A DNA stretch of 64,000 bases from Tubulanus polymorphus (Eukaryota > Animalia > Nemertea), in assembly GCF_964204645.1 (NCBI RefSeq), contig NC_134026.1, positions 23,470,150 through 23,534,149 on the forward strand, in the 5' to 3' direction. Below are positions 24,089 through 36,806 of this stretch, piece after piece. The notes beneath the pieces were generated by a model, which saw only the letters and a program-made list of their open reading frames with translations, was not told the DNA's origin and did no database searches. Each line of letters opens with the position of its first letter. Positions within the stretch are counted from its first letter, which is position 1. The translations under genes were made by a program, and so were the position numbers.

Positions 24089-27000
24089 ATTCAACAAGAT
24101 TTTTGAAACTGCTTGTCTATTTTCCGGAAATGCTGATTAAACTGCATTGTATAAGCCTTCCTTGTGGGACAAAGCTGTGTTGATTGTTTTGTTACTACTA
24201 CAAGACAATCAACTAATAAGTAATGCTTTAAGGGTCTAAATACCTTATTTTTTGTGTTCCTGGTCATTTTAATCAATTTGCTTGTCATTCATTGAAATTG
24301 ATGAGAAATACATACTAATTACTGGTAACTGCTAGATGGGGTTGACAATGACTATATTTCATGAACTTGAATCCCATTCCTTTAATAGACCTACCTCATC
24401 AATACTTGTCAGCTCTTAAAATGTAGGTATACTTACCTCAGGCAGCTGACACTGCCTATATGAGCAACATGAATATACATCTGCTAAAGTTTTAATTTTT
24501 GTCAGTTAATACTCATAACCTTTTCATCAATTGTAAAAATTAATCTAGAATTTAGACTTGTAGATTCCAAATTATAGGATGCTATAAAGAAAGTGTCAAA
24601 AAACCAAAGTTTTTACTTTGCTTCAGTGATTTATTTGACTATTTACATATCACATGTTTACACAGGGTCAAATATTAATGTGGAATATTTGTTTTATTGT
24701 GAGGCTAAATGCAAGTGCTTAGGCAAGAATAGGCAAGTGTGACTAGATCAAAGAATGCCGATTAGTAAGATAAGGCTGTCATTTTTGTCATAATATCATT
24801 TCTTTACTAGATTGTATTGTAAAAAAAAGTTTATATGCATCAATATTAGGCTCAGTGATAATATAGGTTCATCTACTGAGCAATTTAACTATATGTGATA
24901 TCTATCATGATATATGATTGTTCGTTTTTCAATGATCTCTTCTTAAGCTTCAGTCCATCTTTTTGGATTATTATGTATCTCGATAATGTTTGATATATTG
25001 CTTCTATAACTGCTGTACATCATGGCAATCTCTGTTTTCAACTGGTTTCTTCAGTTACATACTGAAATTGTGCCGTAATACATGTATAACTCTGTTCAAA
25101 CTATATACAAGTTAATGAGATCTATGAAACTTGTAACTAAAGAAGTCAGTTTAGAAATCTTATATTTAAGTATGATGAATGCATTTACTGTTTGTTCAAA
25201 GAAATATGTTGTAAATACTTAAAGTACATAAATTGTTCAGTCATTTGAAGTACTGGTAATATGAAAGCGATTTCATCTGTTCACCTGCTTGTACGTACAT
25301 GTATATGGTTCTGCTCACATGGGGAAATCGTCTTGAAATGTGGTTGAATGAGAGCAAATCTATTCTAGAATTCATTACGACACCGATACCTTGCTCAATG
25401 TCACACAACGCATTTTACTGTTTGATAAGAAAGATCTTCACAACTTTGCTATAAACACTGCAACCACCTTTTTGAGAGAGGCAACAGGAGGGTTTTTCTT
25501 TTTAGTTTTGAATACACAGGTCCACTCATGAATTTTGCGACTGCTTGCCCTTGTTGCTCAGAGATGCATTTTAAGAATTGCCAAAGATTTATTAATATAT
25601 TAACAATAACATATCAATTTACATGTGTGAACCTGGCAAATTTATGATGATTGAAATTTTTCTTACCATATATAGAGCCATATCTAAATCTGTTGCAATA
25701 CTTACTCATCAGTGTCATAGAATCGATTTTTGCTTAAAATTAATGTATATTTGATTCAGTAATTTGTAATTGTATTTCCATCTCAGTGCAATGACCAATT
25801 ACCTCAACATCACTTTGGCATTACTGAAGTCAGTGATCATGCCCTGAACCGATTAGATTTTGAAACAATCAATGTATCGAAATATCAGTTAGATTGTTTT
25901 TGTTTGACTTGATGTTTGATCGGTAAATGACCTGACCTTATCATGAAAGAATGAACGGAAGAATTGAATAAACCAAAATTACTTCGCAAAAATCCACTAT
26001 TACACAGTAAGCAAAATTGACACGAGTGCTGGCTCGCATTTACTCACACAATCTTAGATGTATTAGAGTTGTAAACCTTTTGAAGGAAGTATGTGCATGC
26101 AATTTTAGTGAAATGTGTATTACATTAAAATAGAGAGATGTTATTGCTTTTATTAGTAGCATTAACGAAATAAGTAGTAGAAAACTATTTCCAATTCCTT
26201 GAATTAGGTATGGACTGTATTTAGGGTGAGAGTGTGAATGAATTGTGTACAAAATATGTATGTATATACATGTACATTCTAAGTTAGACCTGTTGATATG
26301 TCGTGTATACGCTAACTCGTGCGATGTTGCTTTTTTGACACAGTCTGTTGATGTGTACTTTGTTCTCTATTTGCCTCTGCTTTTTCGATATGCATGTAAA
26401 TGTGTAGATTATTTGTATATATTAATCTATGTATTAGTTACGCTTTCACCTCGGGTAACTTGTGGAAGAAGTGCATGGATTATTCTATGTAGTGATTGAA
26501 CTGTGTTAGAAATGGCTTGCGATGATTGAGTCACTTCACTTTTGGAATGGACCTTTTAGCAAATTTAAAATTCACGATGAAATTTGAATATAAAGTTATG
26601 GAACTGAAGGTTACTATATATTCGTATGTCATTTAACTATCATTGAACTGCTCACACAATTTAAATTTTTAGTTGTCTAAGAAAAAAACATTTTTGTAAA
26701 TGTACATGTATATAGTATTAAATATGAATGCCTTACCATGTATTGTATAGTACATGTATGATCATTATTGATAATGTGTAAAGTTTATTAACATTATTGT
26801 CGAATGTTGTGCTATCTCTGATAATTTCGTCCATGTTATATTGTCACACACATATCTCTTTATCTCTCTACTTTTTGCACACTTTCCTCATACATACAGT
26901 ACTCGATTATATTTTAACATTCCAGTGTTTGTTTCATTTGTTGATAATTGATAAGATAAAAACTGCCACGTATGCGCGTCACCTCAAGTGTTTGGTGGTA

Positions 27001-28052
27001 ATTTGAAGCGAATAGAATTTTTCTTTTTCCAAGTAATCTAGTCACGAGTCTGATTATATCTATCTGATTGTGAGATTGAATCTCTTTTAAATCTTCTGAA
27101 AAAAAAATAGTCGAGATCATCAACTTTAAAGCATTGAAGTTGATTATGTTTTGTATATCTATATAAGTGTACTGTATGAAAAACAGGCCCCTGTAGGACT
27201 CCGACCTGCTGCATGCAAGCAGTAACATACATCGAAAGATTTTTTTAAATAATTGACAACATCCTTTGAATAACTCTAATTTTATGAATTTGACATTACC
27301 TATATGATTGATAAACGATAAACTAAAGTATTTTGAAGCCAAATTTCCTAAAAGCTGATAATTAATTATGTTGTGCTCAATTTCTGTTTATGACTATCAT
27401 TTGATAAATGGGGTTGAAAATATTAAGGCAAAAGCTGAAACTGTAGTGGCGCTGGTATTTTGGCTTAGATGTGTGTTGCCTGTGGGTAGAATATCTTTCG
27501 TTTGTGTTCAAAGGTCTTCATTCCAAAAGAAAACGTCCAGTACTACTGTACTGTAAATAGCTAAGTAAATTTGGTCGACAGCACAGCAGCAGAAATACGA
27601 CTTAAATACAAGCATGTACCTTAATAAGCATACCTTAATTAGTCCCTGGAACAACTGCCCATTATTGACAGGATAAATAATTGCAATCCTATCTCACCTG
27701 GTGTTTTGCTTCTTAAAGTTTTAATTTCTACGCAGAACATTGGGATATACGCAATTTGATAGTTGGCTGGCTCCCCTTTGAGTATTTTTATGTTCCACCC
27801 AGACAGGCTTCTTATTTTTAGTTTGGTATATGGTTGAATACAACATTTTATCAGTAGTTCAGAGTTTAGGTTGAAGAGGGAACATGTATTGTTGTTGTTA
27901 TTTGTTGTTGTCATATATTAGTTTGTCATTCAATAAAATGATATTGCTTCAAGAATACACTTCTGCTGTTTTATCATCCTTTCGTATATTTGTGGTCTAT
28001 GCAAGACACGGTGTAGGCCTAATCTCGTTACGACGAACATAGTCTATCATTG

Positions 28053-28104
28053 CCTAGTGATAGTCGTATCATTGATACTAAAATTTTCTACGACTATCAC
28101 TAGG
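28053..28104. repeat. Perfect 16-bp inverted repeat (hairpin or MITE remnant)
   Basis: cctagtgatagtcgta ... tacgactatcactagg with a 20-nt spacer. Confidence 0.75.
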
Positions 28105-28214
28105 TCCGGTAACTGACGTCATTCTCGATACACTGGATGATATTTTTGGTCACTCTTCCCATGCAGTACGGTCAGATGGAGATCTGACAGTCCGGGCTGA
28201 TCTCGTACAGTAAC

Positions 28215-28261
28215 GTATACCCAAAAATACAAGAGTCCTCTCTATGTATTTTTGGTATACC
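28215..28261. mobile_element. 33-bp CA..TG inverted repeat with perfect 7-bp TSD (footprint-like)
   Basis: gtatacc [caaaaatacaagagtcctctctatgtatttttg] gtatacc. Confidence 0.7.
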
Positions 28262-29294
28262 CCATACCTACATTACCGAGACCTGGTACACACCAGGGTG
28301 CCCTTGTTACATGTCTTCCAATCCATCTCGCATTGCGTTTGAAGAAGGAAATTAACTTCTGTTCAATAAGAAATTGAAATCTTCGGATATCTGTGTCAAG
28401 CAGATTTCAATATGACGCAATGAAGTGCAATGTCATCAACATTCTGGTATAGATGAAATGTTATATACATATACTGATAGCAAGTCTTTCGTAAGTAGAT
28501 CAGTACAATCCGGTAGCTCTTTTTGCTGACGCACATCTCGGCATTACCTGGACAGAGCTTATCAACTAGCATTGAATCACGCGAGATATGAAAATCTACG
28601 TGTCCCCTCCGCGGTGATACTAATGACCGTCTCACCAATGTCGTGGAATATATGTATATATGTAATAAATACATACATTTTCAGTTACATTTACGTATAG
28701 GCTACCTTTCAAAACACAAACTGTACATGTGGTAATGAAAATCATGAAAATCAACTACACAAACATTTTATGGACAGTAACTAGAAAATTAAAGCACAGC
28801 GGTAATCATTTTAGAGTTAGAGAAGTATTTTGATGTATTGCCAACGTCGGACTTCTGTCTATTTCAACACTGGTAAACAAATATTCGATAAATCATTAAT
28901 CTAGGGTATCACTTACCTCGGTCTCGAGAGTATCTTCAAATTTTAGTAAACAAGACAGTTAAGGTGGTTTGATATCTCGATCGTCTGACTTTCATGAATC
29001 ATCTGACATCCTGCACCATAAACGTAATCAGTACTCACCGGGTATAAGGTTATATATATATATATATTCAAGCGCTATTTCATACGATACAAAGTTGCTC
29101 TGTTTCTTACAAATATCAACAGAAATGCCTAAGATTGGGCATTTGTATAATCATCATTGCGTTTATGCTACATTCACAATAAAACTGAATATATACGATA
29201 AGACTGCAGAAACTTAAAACTTTTATACGTATCAGAAACGCTAAACGATTTTTTTCTTTTATACTGAAATCATAGTGGATCCTTTCTCGGATGT

Positions 29295-29348
29295 GTTCTA
29301 TCATGGACTATAAAACGAAGCTTTCGTTTTCACAGTCCATGGTTCTAT
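29295..29348. mobile_element. 40-bp CATGGACT..AGTCCATG inverted repeat with perfect 7-bp TSD
   Basis: gttctat [catggactataaaacgaagctttcgttttcacagtccatg] gttctat. Confidence 0.72.
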
Positions 29349-29680
29349 TGTATTTTATAGGGTCAATATCCGAATCCAATCGATGCTTCGATGTCATTTT
29401 TGTATTGATCCTGACTCCTACTTCAACCCGAGGTTATCTTATCAGCAGTGACTGAAATGAATTGTCTTAGTGCCGGTACATTGTTTTATCAAAAATACCT
29501 AATTCAGTCATACGACACAAACGCCATACACAATAACACTAATTGATATCTTATTCGTGCTCTCTGCGATTGCCTGTTGTAGCCACAACTTTTAACGGTT
29601 TCTTCAAATAATAATTCAGCTTACGAAAAAGCTATTAAACGGGATTCAACATACTCGACTAACGCAAACCTCACCCGAGA

Positions 29681-32600
29681 ATGACGCCTGGATACGTGCA
29701 TAAAGAGAGTGAAGACAGTATGGAAGGAGCCGAAATTTCGCATTCCTCAAGCGCAAACGAGTGTACTCCACTCATTCCCAAGACGAAAGAGAGGAGTCAA
29801 TCTACTGATAGGTATATATATAATGAATATCTTCCATCTGACGAATAATTCGCAAAATGCAGCCAATCAAATAAAACTTACAAAATAAAATTTTCTGCTA
29901 TGAACTTTTTTATTGGGTTTGACAGATTTCTTTTTCTAAAAGACTTGTATAAACCGTTACAAAATTACAAGGATGCCTTTGCGGACGCTTGTTTTACGTT
30001 TAAATGAAAATGGATATGTAAATGTATTGAAGATTCATTATATATATTTAATGCCGTTTGTGGATTCCCATCACTAATCTCAAAGGAGCCTCATGCAAGC
30101 CAGCCTCAGAAAACTGTACCCGTAGGTGAGAGTAAAGAAATACAACAACGTATCATGAAGACCTACATACGATTTAATTAATGTGAATTTCTATAATTCC
30201 TCACGCGTTATACATTGCAAATGCATTCCTCATTTTCAGTTATATGATTGCGAAATATATACATTATGAAAATGATTTTTCGGTACTTTTCGATAGTGTG
30301 AGATTCAAAAAAAAACATTTCATATCATGTTTTTTCTTCAAATAAGCCCTAAAAATTAACATTTACCATTGTCCGACGATTGATACGTTTTAAACACCGT
30401 TCCATCAAAAAGGTTTTGATAGTACGACAAATTTTATGAATTCATTTGATGATAATAATAATGATTCTATTAAAAAATCGTTATGTGCAAAAATTATCAT
30501 TATTCGGACTCAATTCCACCTAAATAGACATAACTTATTCATTTCCGATGAAAGAACTGGTCAAAAAGTCTTGAGGATCTTAAGCATATATCGCAAAACA
30601 TTAAATTCATAAAAGAAATTTGACCGAACACGAACAACTGCAATTTTGTGGCGCTTCCGGTAGATACCCGTAACCCCGGAGCCGGTTTCGCAAAAATGCG
30701 GATTAGTTTACGACTGGGAGGTAAGAGAGGTCCCTGCCACCGATTTCCCTCTCATTAACTTTTTAACTAATTAGAATTGTTTCCTATGAAATTTCCTAAC
30801 CAAGCCGAACCCCAGTGTCAAATATGCAAAAAAATAGTATACGCCGCGTCTATAGACCGTTAAATCGTGAATCCTATGGATATCCCAGTTTTATGCCATA
30901 CAATATAATACGTATTCCAGAAACAAAAAAAATGATATCATCGTTAATCCATACAATTTTCGATTCAAAAGCGCCAGAGTCAAATTAGCAACGTATTCCA
31001 AGTGTCCAGTATAAACGTCACTGCGGCATTTCCATGATAAACACGTCTTTTAATAAATGAGAAACTATAATTGTCGTCGCCAACTAAAACAAAATCTCTA
31101 TTCCAGTGACGATCCATTTCAATGATTCGTTTGAACAAAAGTATTCTACTGAAATTCTCACAGAGTCTTGTACTGAATGATTGAGTTTGCGAAATGATTT
31201 GATTTAACTGATAATAAAGCGAAACAATATGGCGGACTGCACATGCCTGTCACTCGTGCAAGATCATGAGTGAATTAAAAAATGCCATAAGTGACTTGAA
31301 AGTTAACTTGATGATTAAGCTTATGAGAAGTTATGAGATTACATAGGCCTAACTTTATCCAGGCTAACCCACATTTGCAACAGACACACCTAGAGAGTTG
31401 TGTCCTGAATCAGATGTGCCATTTAATTCATCATTTTTTTGGTGAAAATATAGAAATTCCTTTGATAGCCGTTACAAGAAAAATGAAATTGTACGCTACA
31501 CTTTATAGTGCTCTAATAGCGATTTTGAATTCCAAATTCTTATTGGTCAAATGGTTAATAGCAATTTTGAGATATGCAAACAGTGGAATCCTTTCATTTC
31601 AAGCTATTAAAAGATAGATATGTCAGCCTTATCATAACTTGGGCTTATCATTTCACATACATAAGACTTATTTCACCTGACTGCTGTCCAAATGTCAATT
31701 CAAATTTCGATTTCAGAATGTTTAACTTATGTTCTCTCCTGAGATGATGGGTGTATTTCCATCGAAAGGGCAGACTGTTCATCGATGAAAGTAACGTACT
31801 TATGATTTTTTGTTATCATTTTCAGATACAATTTGGTATTCATTACGTTCGTCATACAAGGCATAGGATTGACGCTTCCATGGAATCTATTCATGACAGC
31901 TAAAGAGGTAATTGGGAATCGCGAATTCACAATTTTCAAATGAAAATGTGATATATGCGGTAGCTGATTCGGGCCATACTCTGTACGGCTAGACCTACGA
32001 TGAAATAATTTTTACATGGACAATTTTTTTGTTTTCTAGAGCGAATGTTTTTTTTTTTATCGCGCGTCTAGCAGTACAGAAATTGTTCTTAGAATAGCCC
32101 GAATCAGCCACCACGGTTGAAGGATCAAACTTATATATGAACCGGAATCATTTTCGATTTCAGTATTATGTGGGATATAAGTTGGCACCGGCTGGTAACG
32201 CCGGTTATCGTCTGAATTTCCTTAGTTACGCCGGTATTGCTGCAATGGGTTCAAATGCATTGTTAAGCGGAGTGAACCTATTTACGCATTGCGGAAAGTA
32301 AGTCGCTTATAAAGTCTTTCATATTATCCCTCTTCAATTAATGTTAATCATTTTATCATAATATACCACCAGTATATATCAATTATGATTTTGCGATTGT
32401 TTTACTTTCAGTGGCCGACCAACAGTCCGCACAATTGTCAGTCAAATAGCTATGGTTTTAGCTTTTGCTTTCACAATTATTTTGGCAGTCATGGATACTT
32501 CGGAATGTACGTTCCTAGAAATGAATGAATAACCTTTTAAAATGTTCAGATAGTTTGAATATTATCATAAAGAATACAGATAAACACCCTTGGATGACAT

Positions 32601-34806
32601 GGGAGTGATGACAACTATAATAATACGTATAACAATGGGAAAGAAATTGTCATCTTTCAGTTTTTGATTATTTGTGAAGGCGTATTGAATAATTATCATA
32701 TCCCAATCATCCACATTTCAAAGAGTAATGATAATGTTATCCAACTTTCATTTCAGCGCCGGAATTATTTTTCTTCATAACGATGTTCACAATAGTATTT
32801 GTCAACAGTGAGTATTCGCAAGATTAGATTGGTTTTCCTTTTTAAGAATTATACGACTAATTTGTAATATCATGCTATGATTTATATATTTTCAGTGTGT
32901 ACTGGACTGTGGGCAAACTGCATGTTTGGAATAGCGTCTCATTTCAGTAAAAACTACGTAAACGCTGTCGTCATCGGAAGCGTGAGTAAACATCGATGCT
33001 TTAAAGATATTTTGAATTTTAACGTAGAGTAACAAAGAGTACTTTCCACGATTCAACCTCATTCATTATAGCGTTGATGATGTCATTATCATATTGTTGC
33101 AATTTTTCAAATTTTCAGAATCTAAGTGGTTTGATGACTGCTATCTTAGTCATATTGTCAAAATCAGGTTCGTTTTGTAAACATAGAAAGCCATAGATTT
33201 CTAAAACCATTTTTGCACTTTTTCTTTTTTATTTCAAATTAATAGAAACAATAATAGGTTAAAATATGCGATGGATGCTTAATCAATGTTTCTCAAAGTT
33301 GGAGGATTGTTAATTCGAAAGATTAAGAGATTAATTTACCCATGTCCTCCAGACAAGATGGTCAAGTGGTCATATATATGTATGACCAGAGCCATATGAA
33401 GGTATCGAGCTCTTATAGATCTGATGAACGGATAGGGTCCACTACTTCGGATATCCTGCATAACTAACGAATGTTAATTGATTATTTTCAGGCACAGCGG
33501 ATCCAGTCATTTCGGCAATTCTGTATTTTGTATCGGCTGTCGTTATCGTCTTTTTGTGTTTGATCTCATTCATTCTGTTGAGAAAATCGGTAATTTTGAA
33601 CTTTCATTCTTAAATGTATCAGACGTATTGGATCATCATAATAGAACTTCAAATGACAATTGTTTTGAATCAACGTATCTTTGTTTGTGATTCCAGGAAT
33701 TTTACAGAAGTCATTACTCTGATAAATTGGTGATGAATGAGGATGAATCCAAAGCTGAAATGGTTCTTCCTTATTGGAAAGTTTTCAAACTGGTAAGACC
33801 ACCCAAGGAGACGATGTATTTCCTCGTGTTTTTTTCACAGAATCTAACGAAGTTGGCAATAAACATTTCTTTACAGATTTGGCCACAACTTTTCGATGTT
33901 TGGTTTCAAAGATTCATCGCTGGGGCTATTGTACCGGCGCTCCTGGCTGACATTGAAAAAGTCGATTCTAATTTCTTAATTCCTGGTCAGTAATTCATAA
34001 TTTTGAACAGCTATCGATTTAGACTTTACATTATTCCATTTAACAAGACAAATATCGTATTATATTTTCAGATTACTACTACACGGATATTATGTGTTAC
34101 CTGTTTGTTAATTTCTGTATTTGCTTTGGTAACTTTTTCGTCTTCTTTATTCATAAGGTAAGCTTGTAGATAATAACATCACAAAATCTAAGCGTTTTTA
34201 TACCTTTCAATTCAAATTTTATTTAAGAGTGGGTTTTTCAGATTCACAAATCCAAATTTACATTCTGTTTACCCGGTATTCAGATTTAGAATGTTTCTTT
34301 TTATTTCAGCCTAAGTCATTGTATGTCATATATTTCCAAATGGTGCGAATTTTGTTCATCCCATACTTCATGTTGTGCAACTACCGACCAGAAACGAGAA
34401 GCAGCAACTTGCCAGTTTTGTTGAAAAATGATTGGGCTTTCTTAGCGGGTGTCATCGTATTCGGAACGACGAATGGCCACTTCTCTGGTCTAACAATGAT
34501 GTATTCAAAACAGTAAGTTTTTAGAAGTGATTATTTTAATATTGGCCCAGCCATGGATTCTAAAACACTTAAGAGTCCATGGCCCAACCTAACACTACTT
34601 TCTCTTATCGCTGTATTCATCTTTACGCTGAGCAAGTCTTTTAACTATACCTAATTTGTTGTTTATCTCTTATTCACAGAGCTGGAGGAACCGACCCGGC
34701 AGCAAAGCTATTGGCCGGTATGTACACAGGATTTGTGCAAAATTTCGGACGTTGTTTTGGACTAGGGATGAATATTGTGATCGCGTATTTTGTTGAATAT
34801 GTCTAA
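29681..34806 (+). CDS. Equilibrative nucleoside transporter family (SLC29) protein, copy A, about 448 aa, 13 exons
   Basis: Exons 29681-29811, 31826-31907, 32164-32297, 32412-32506, 32757-32807, 32896-32981, 33119-33167, 33492-33589, 33697-33792, 33877-33985, 34072-34157, 34310-34512, 34680-34806, all phase-consistent. ENT hallmarks GIGLTLPWNLFMTA (TM1), R..F.P.F..CNYRP and F..TNGH (TM10). Confidence 0.88.
31959..32113. mobile_element. Foldback/MITE in ENT copy A intron 2
   Basis: Termini ggtagctgattcgggc / gcccgaatcagccacc (15/16 complementary), plus internal complementary blocks (ctgtac..gctagac / gtctagc..gtacag). Confidence 0.65.
34545..34588. mobile_element. 30-bp CATGGA..TCCATG inverted repeat with 7-bp TSD
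   Basis: gcccagc [catggattctaaaacacttaagagtccatg] gcccaac. Confidence 0.65.
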
Positions 34807-36806
34807 GACCTACAACAGCTTTTCAAAAATGAACTGGGATATGTATCTTGATGTTATCTTTCAAGAGAAGTAACCGATCGGCGCGTGGTTTTGTAAATCG
34901 AACCACGTGAATTAATATGCCATTAATCGCTTTTAGCAAGGACGTTAGAGCTTTGCCATATAGCTCTTAAACAACAAAATTCGGTTTGCTATATGAATTA
35001 TATACATTTGTATCTCTATAATGGATACATACGCTTGTATCCCTTAATTTGCTTACGCGCGTTCGTGATAAATGAAAAAAAGAACGAGGATGAACGCATC
35101 GTGAAAAATGGAAATCGTAAGCGTGTAATAATTTGCATTTAAACCTGGTCCAAGTGATATGGCAACTGCTTTGCCGTGTAAGTAAAAATCTGAAACAAAC
35201 TTGTGTAAGATATATATATATATAATCTCATATTATGTTATCTAATAAAACTCTGAAACCAAATTTTAATTTTTCATTGTTTATTTGGATAACGCTATAA
35301 ACTGCATGTGTCGCAGGAATACGGAGACGCCGCTATCCTTATTCACAGTACACTGGATCGTCATTCTCCATCCGATCAAAATGACTACTGCAAAGCCTGA
35401 CATCTTTTTTCATATACAAGAGATGTTATGGCCGGTTAATAATCCTTTTTTTCTTTCTTTGATAAGTGTTTTGTTGATACATAGTCTTTGCGAAGAACTT
35501 TCTTAACGAATGTAAGACATATGATAGTATAAAGCTGGGCGCATATAACAGTTTTAATGCAAATGGTAATGTGTTGTATTTAGTCATATCAAGTATTGTT
35601 AGTACGAAGCGTTCAATAAAATGTGTAGTAAGCAAATTTCAACAAAAGTGGATGATATACGAAATTACTTTTTTGTCGGGATATATTTTTATGGCCCTTA
35701 TCAGCCACCATATATACGTACTGAATGACTAAATGATCACCAAGCCATGACGGGCGTTATCACTCCAAGGTAGAAGGTGCTTAACTGTTTTCATGCGTAC
35801 ATGCACAGTTCGGTTATATATATGTTATATATTCGTGCGATCAAGGTTAGTTTAAGCGTACTTTCTTAAGTATAAAATCGTAATCTAAACCGAGGACATT
35901 TTCTAAACTCTTATGCCATGCAGATTTGGTAAAGCTATAAACTTTGCGACCATAGAAAAATGTGTCCCACATAATCCTGGTTCTTTGAGGAGAGAATCAC
36001 GAGTGTAATTCTCAATACTTATCATCGATTTAGACAGTACGGATGTCATTCAGCACGAGTGATCTTTTTTATTCTACTCGCTGTCTATAATTATATGGCT
36101 CATTATAGATAAAAAACAATCTTAACTCGATTTAATCATCATTGAATGTCAATAATGATAAACATTTAGACGCGACCAGACCTTAATAAGCACGATCAAT
36201 TCAAACGATCACATGACTTAGGGTTGTAAAAAAGATGAATTAAACTAGTTAATTGAATATCTACATATCTACGAATACATGTATGTAAATTGTTCAGAAG
36301 AAGCAAATGTTTATAATTTCTTTGATATATATGATCCATGTTTGGTTTATCAACAGAAAATATAAAGTTGACATATTTTTTATAAAGTTGACGAAAGAAA
36401 TCAAGTTATGAAGCACTTCCATCCGGGGCAATGTTCATTAAAATCAGACATCTACGTAAGTCCTGTTAACATGATTGTCTTCCATTTCTAAATCTATTCA
36501 TCAGTAGTGGATCTATTTTTTGTTATTTCTGTCTTGTTCTTCAATGTCTCGTGTTATTCTTTTTGGTAAGTTATCTTATCACGCGAAGGGTTTTAATATG
36601 ACCTGCCCTTGTGCCATTTGTTCGTCACAAGATACACAATACTTTGTATATATATCCTTATAGTTTTTGATAAAGTCGCACTGTTGGACAATTGTTTTTG
36701 TAGTTTTATCCACAAACTACTTGCTGATGAAAATATTGGAACCTATCTTGTGCCCGAACCAATTGAGTTACTTTAGTCCAAACAGACCTACGACTACCGT
36801 ATCACA

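Noticed and set aside
26914-27342. 142-aa - strand ORF
   Set aside because: Non-ATG start, AT-rich composition and no motifs; it lies in the probable 3'UTR of the + strand gene.
30049-30125. Possible extra ENT-A exon with a gtgaga donor
   Set aside because: The frame with compatible phase has an upstream stop and no ATG or clear acceptor.
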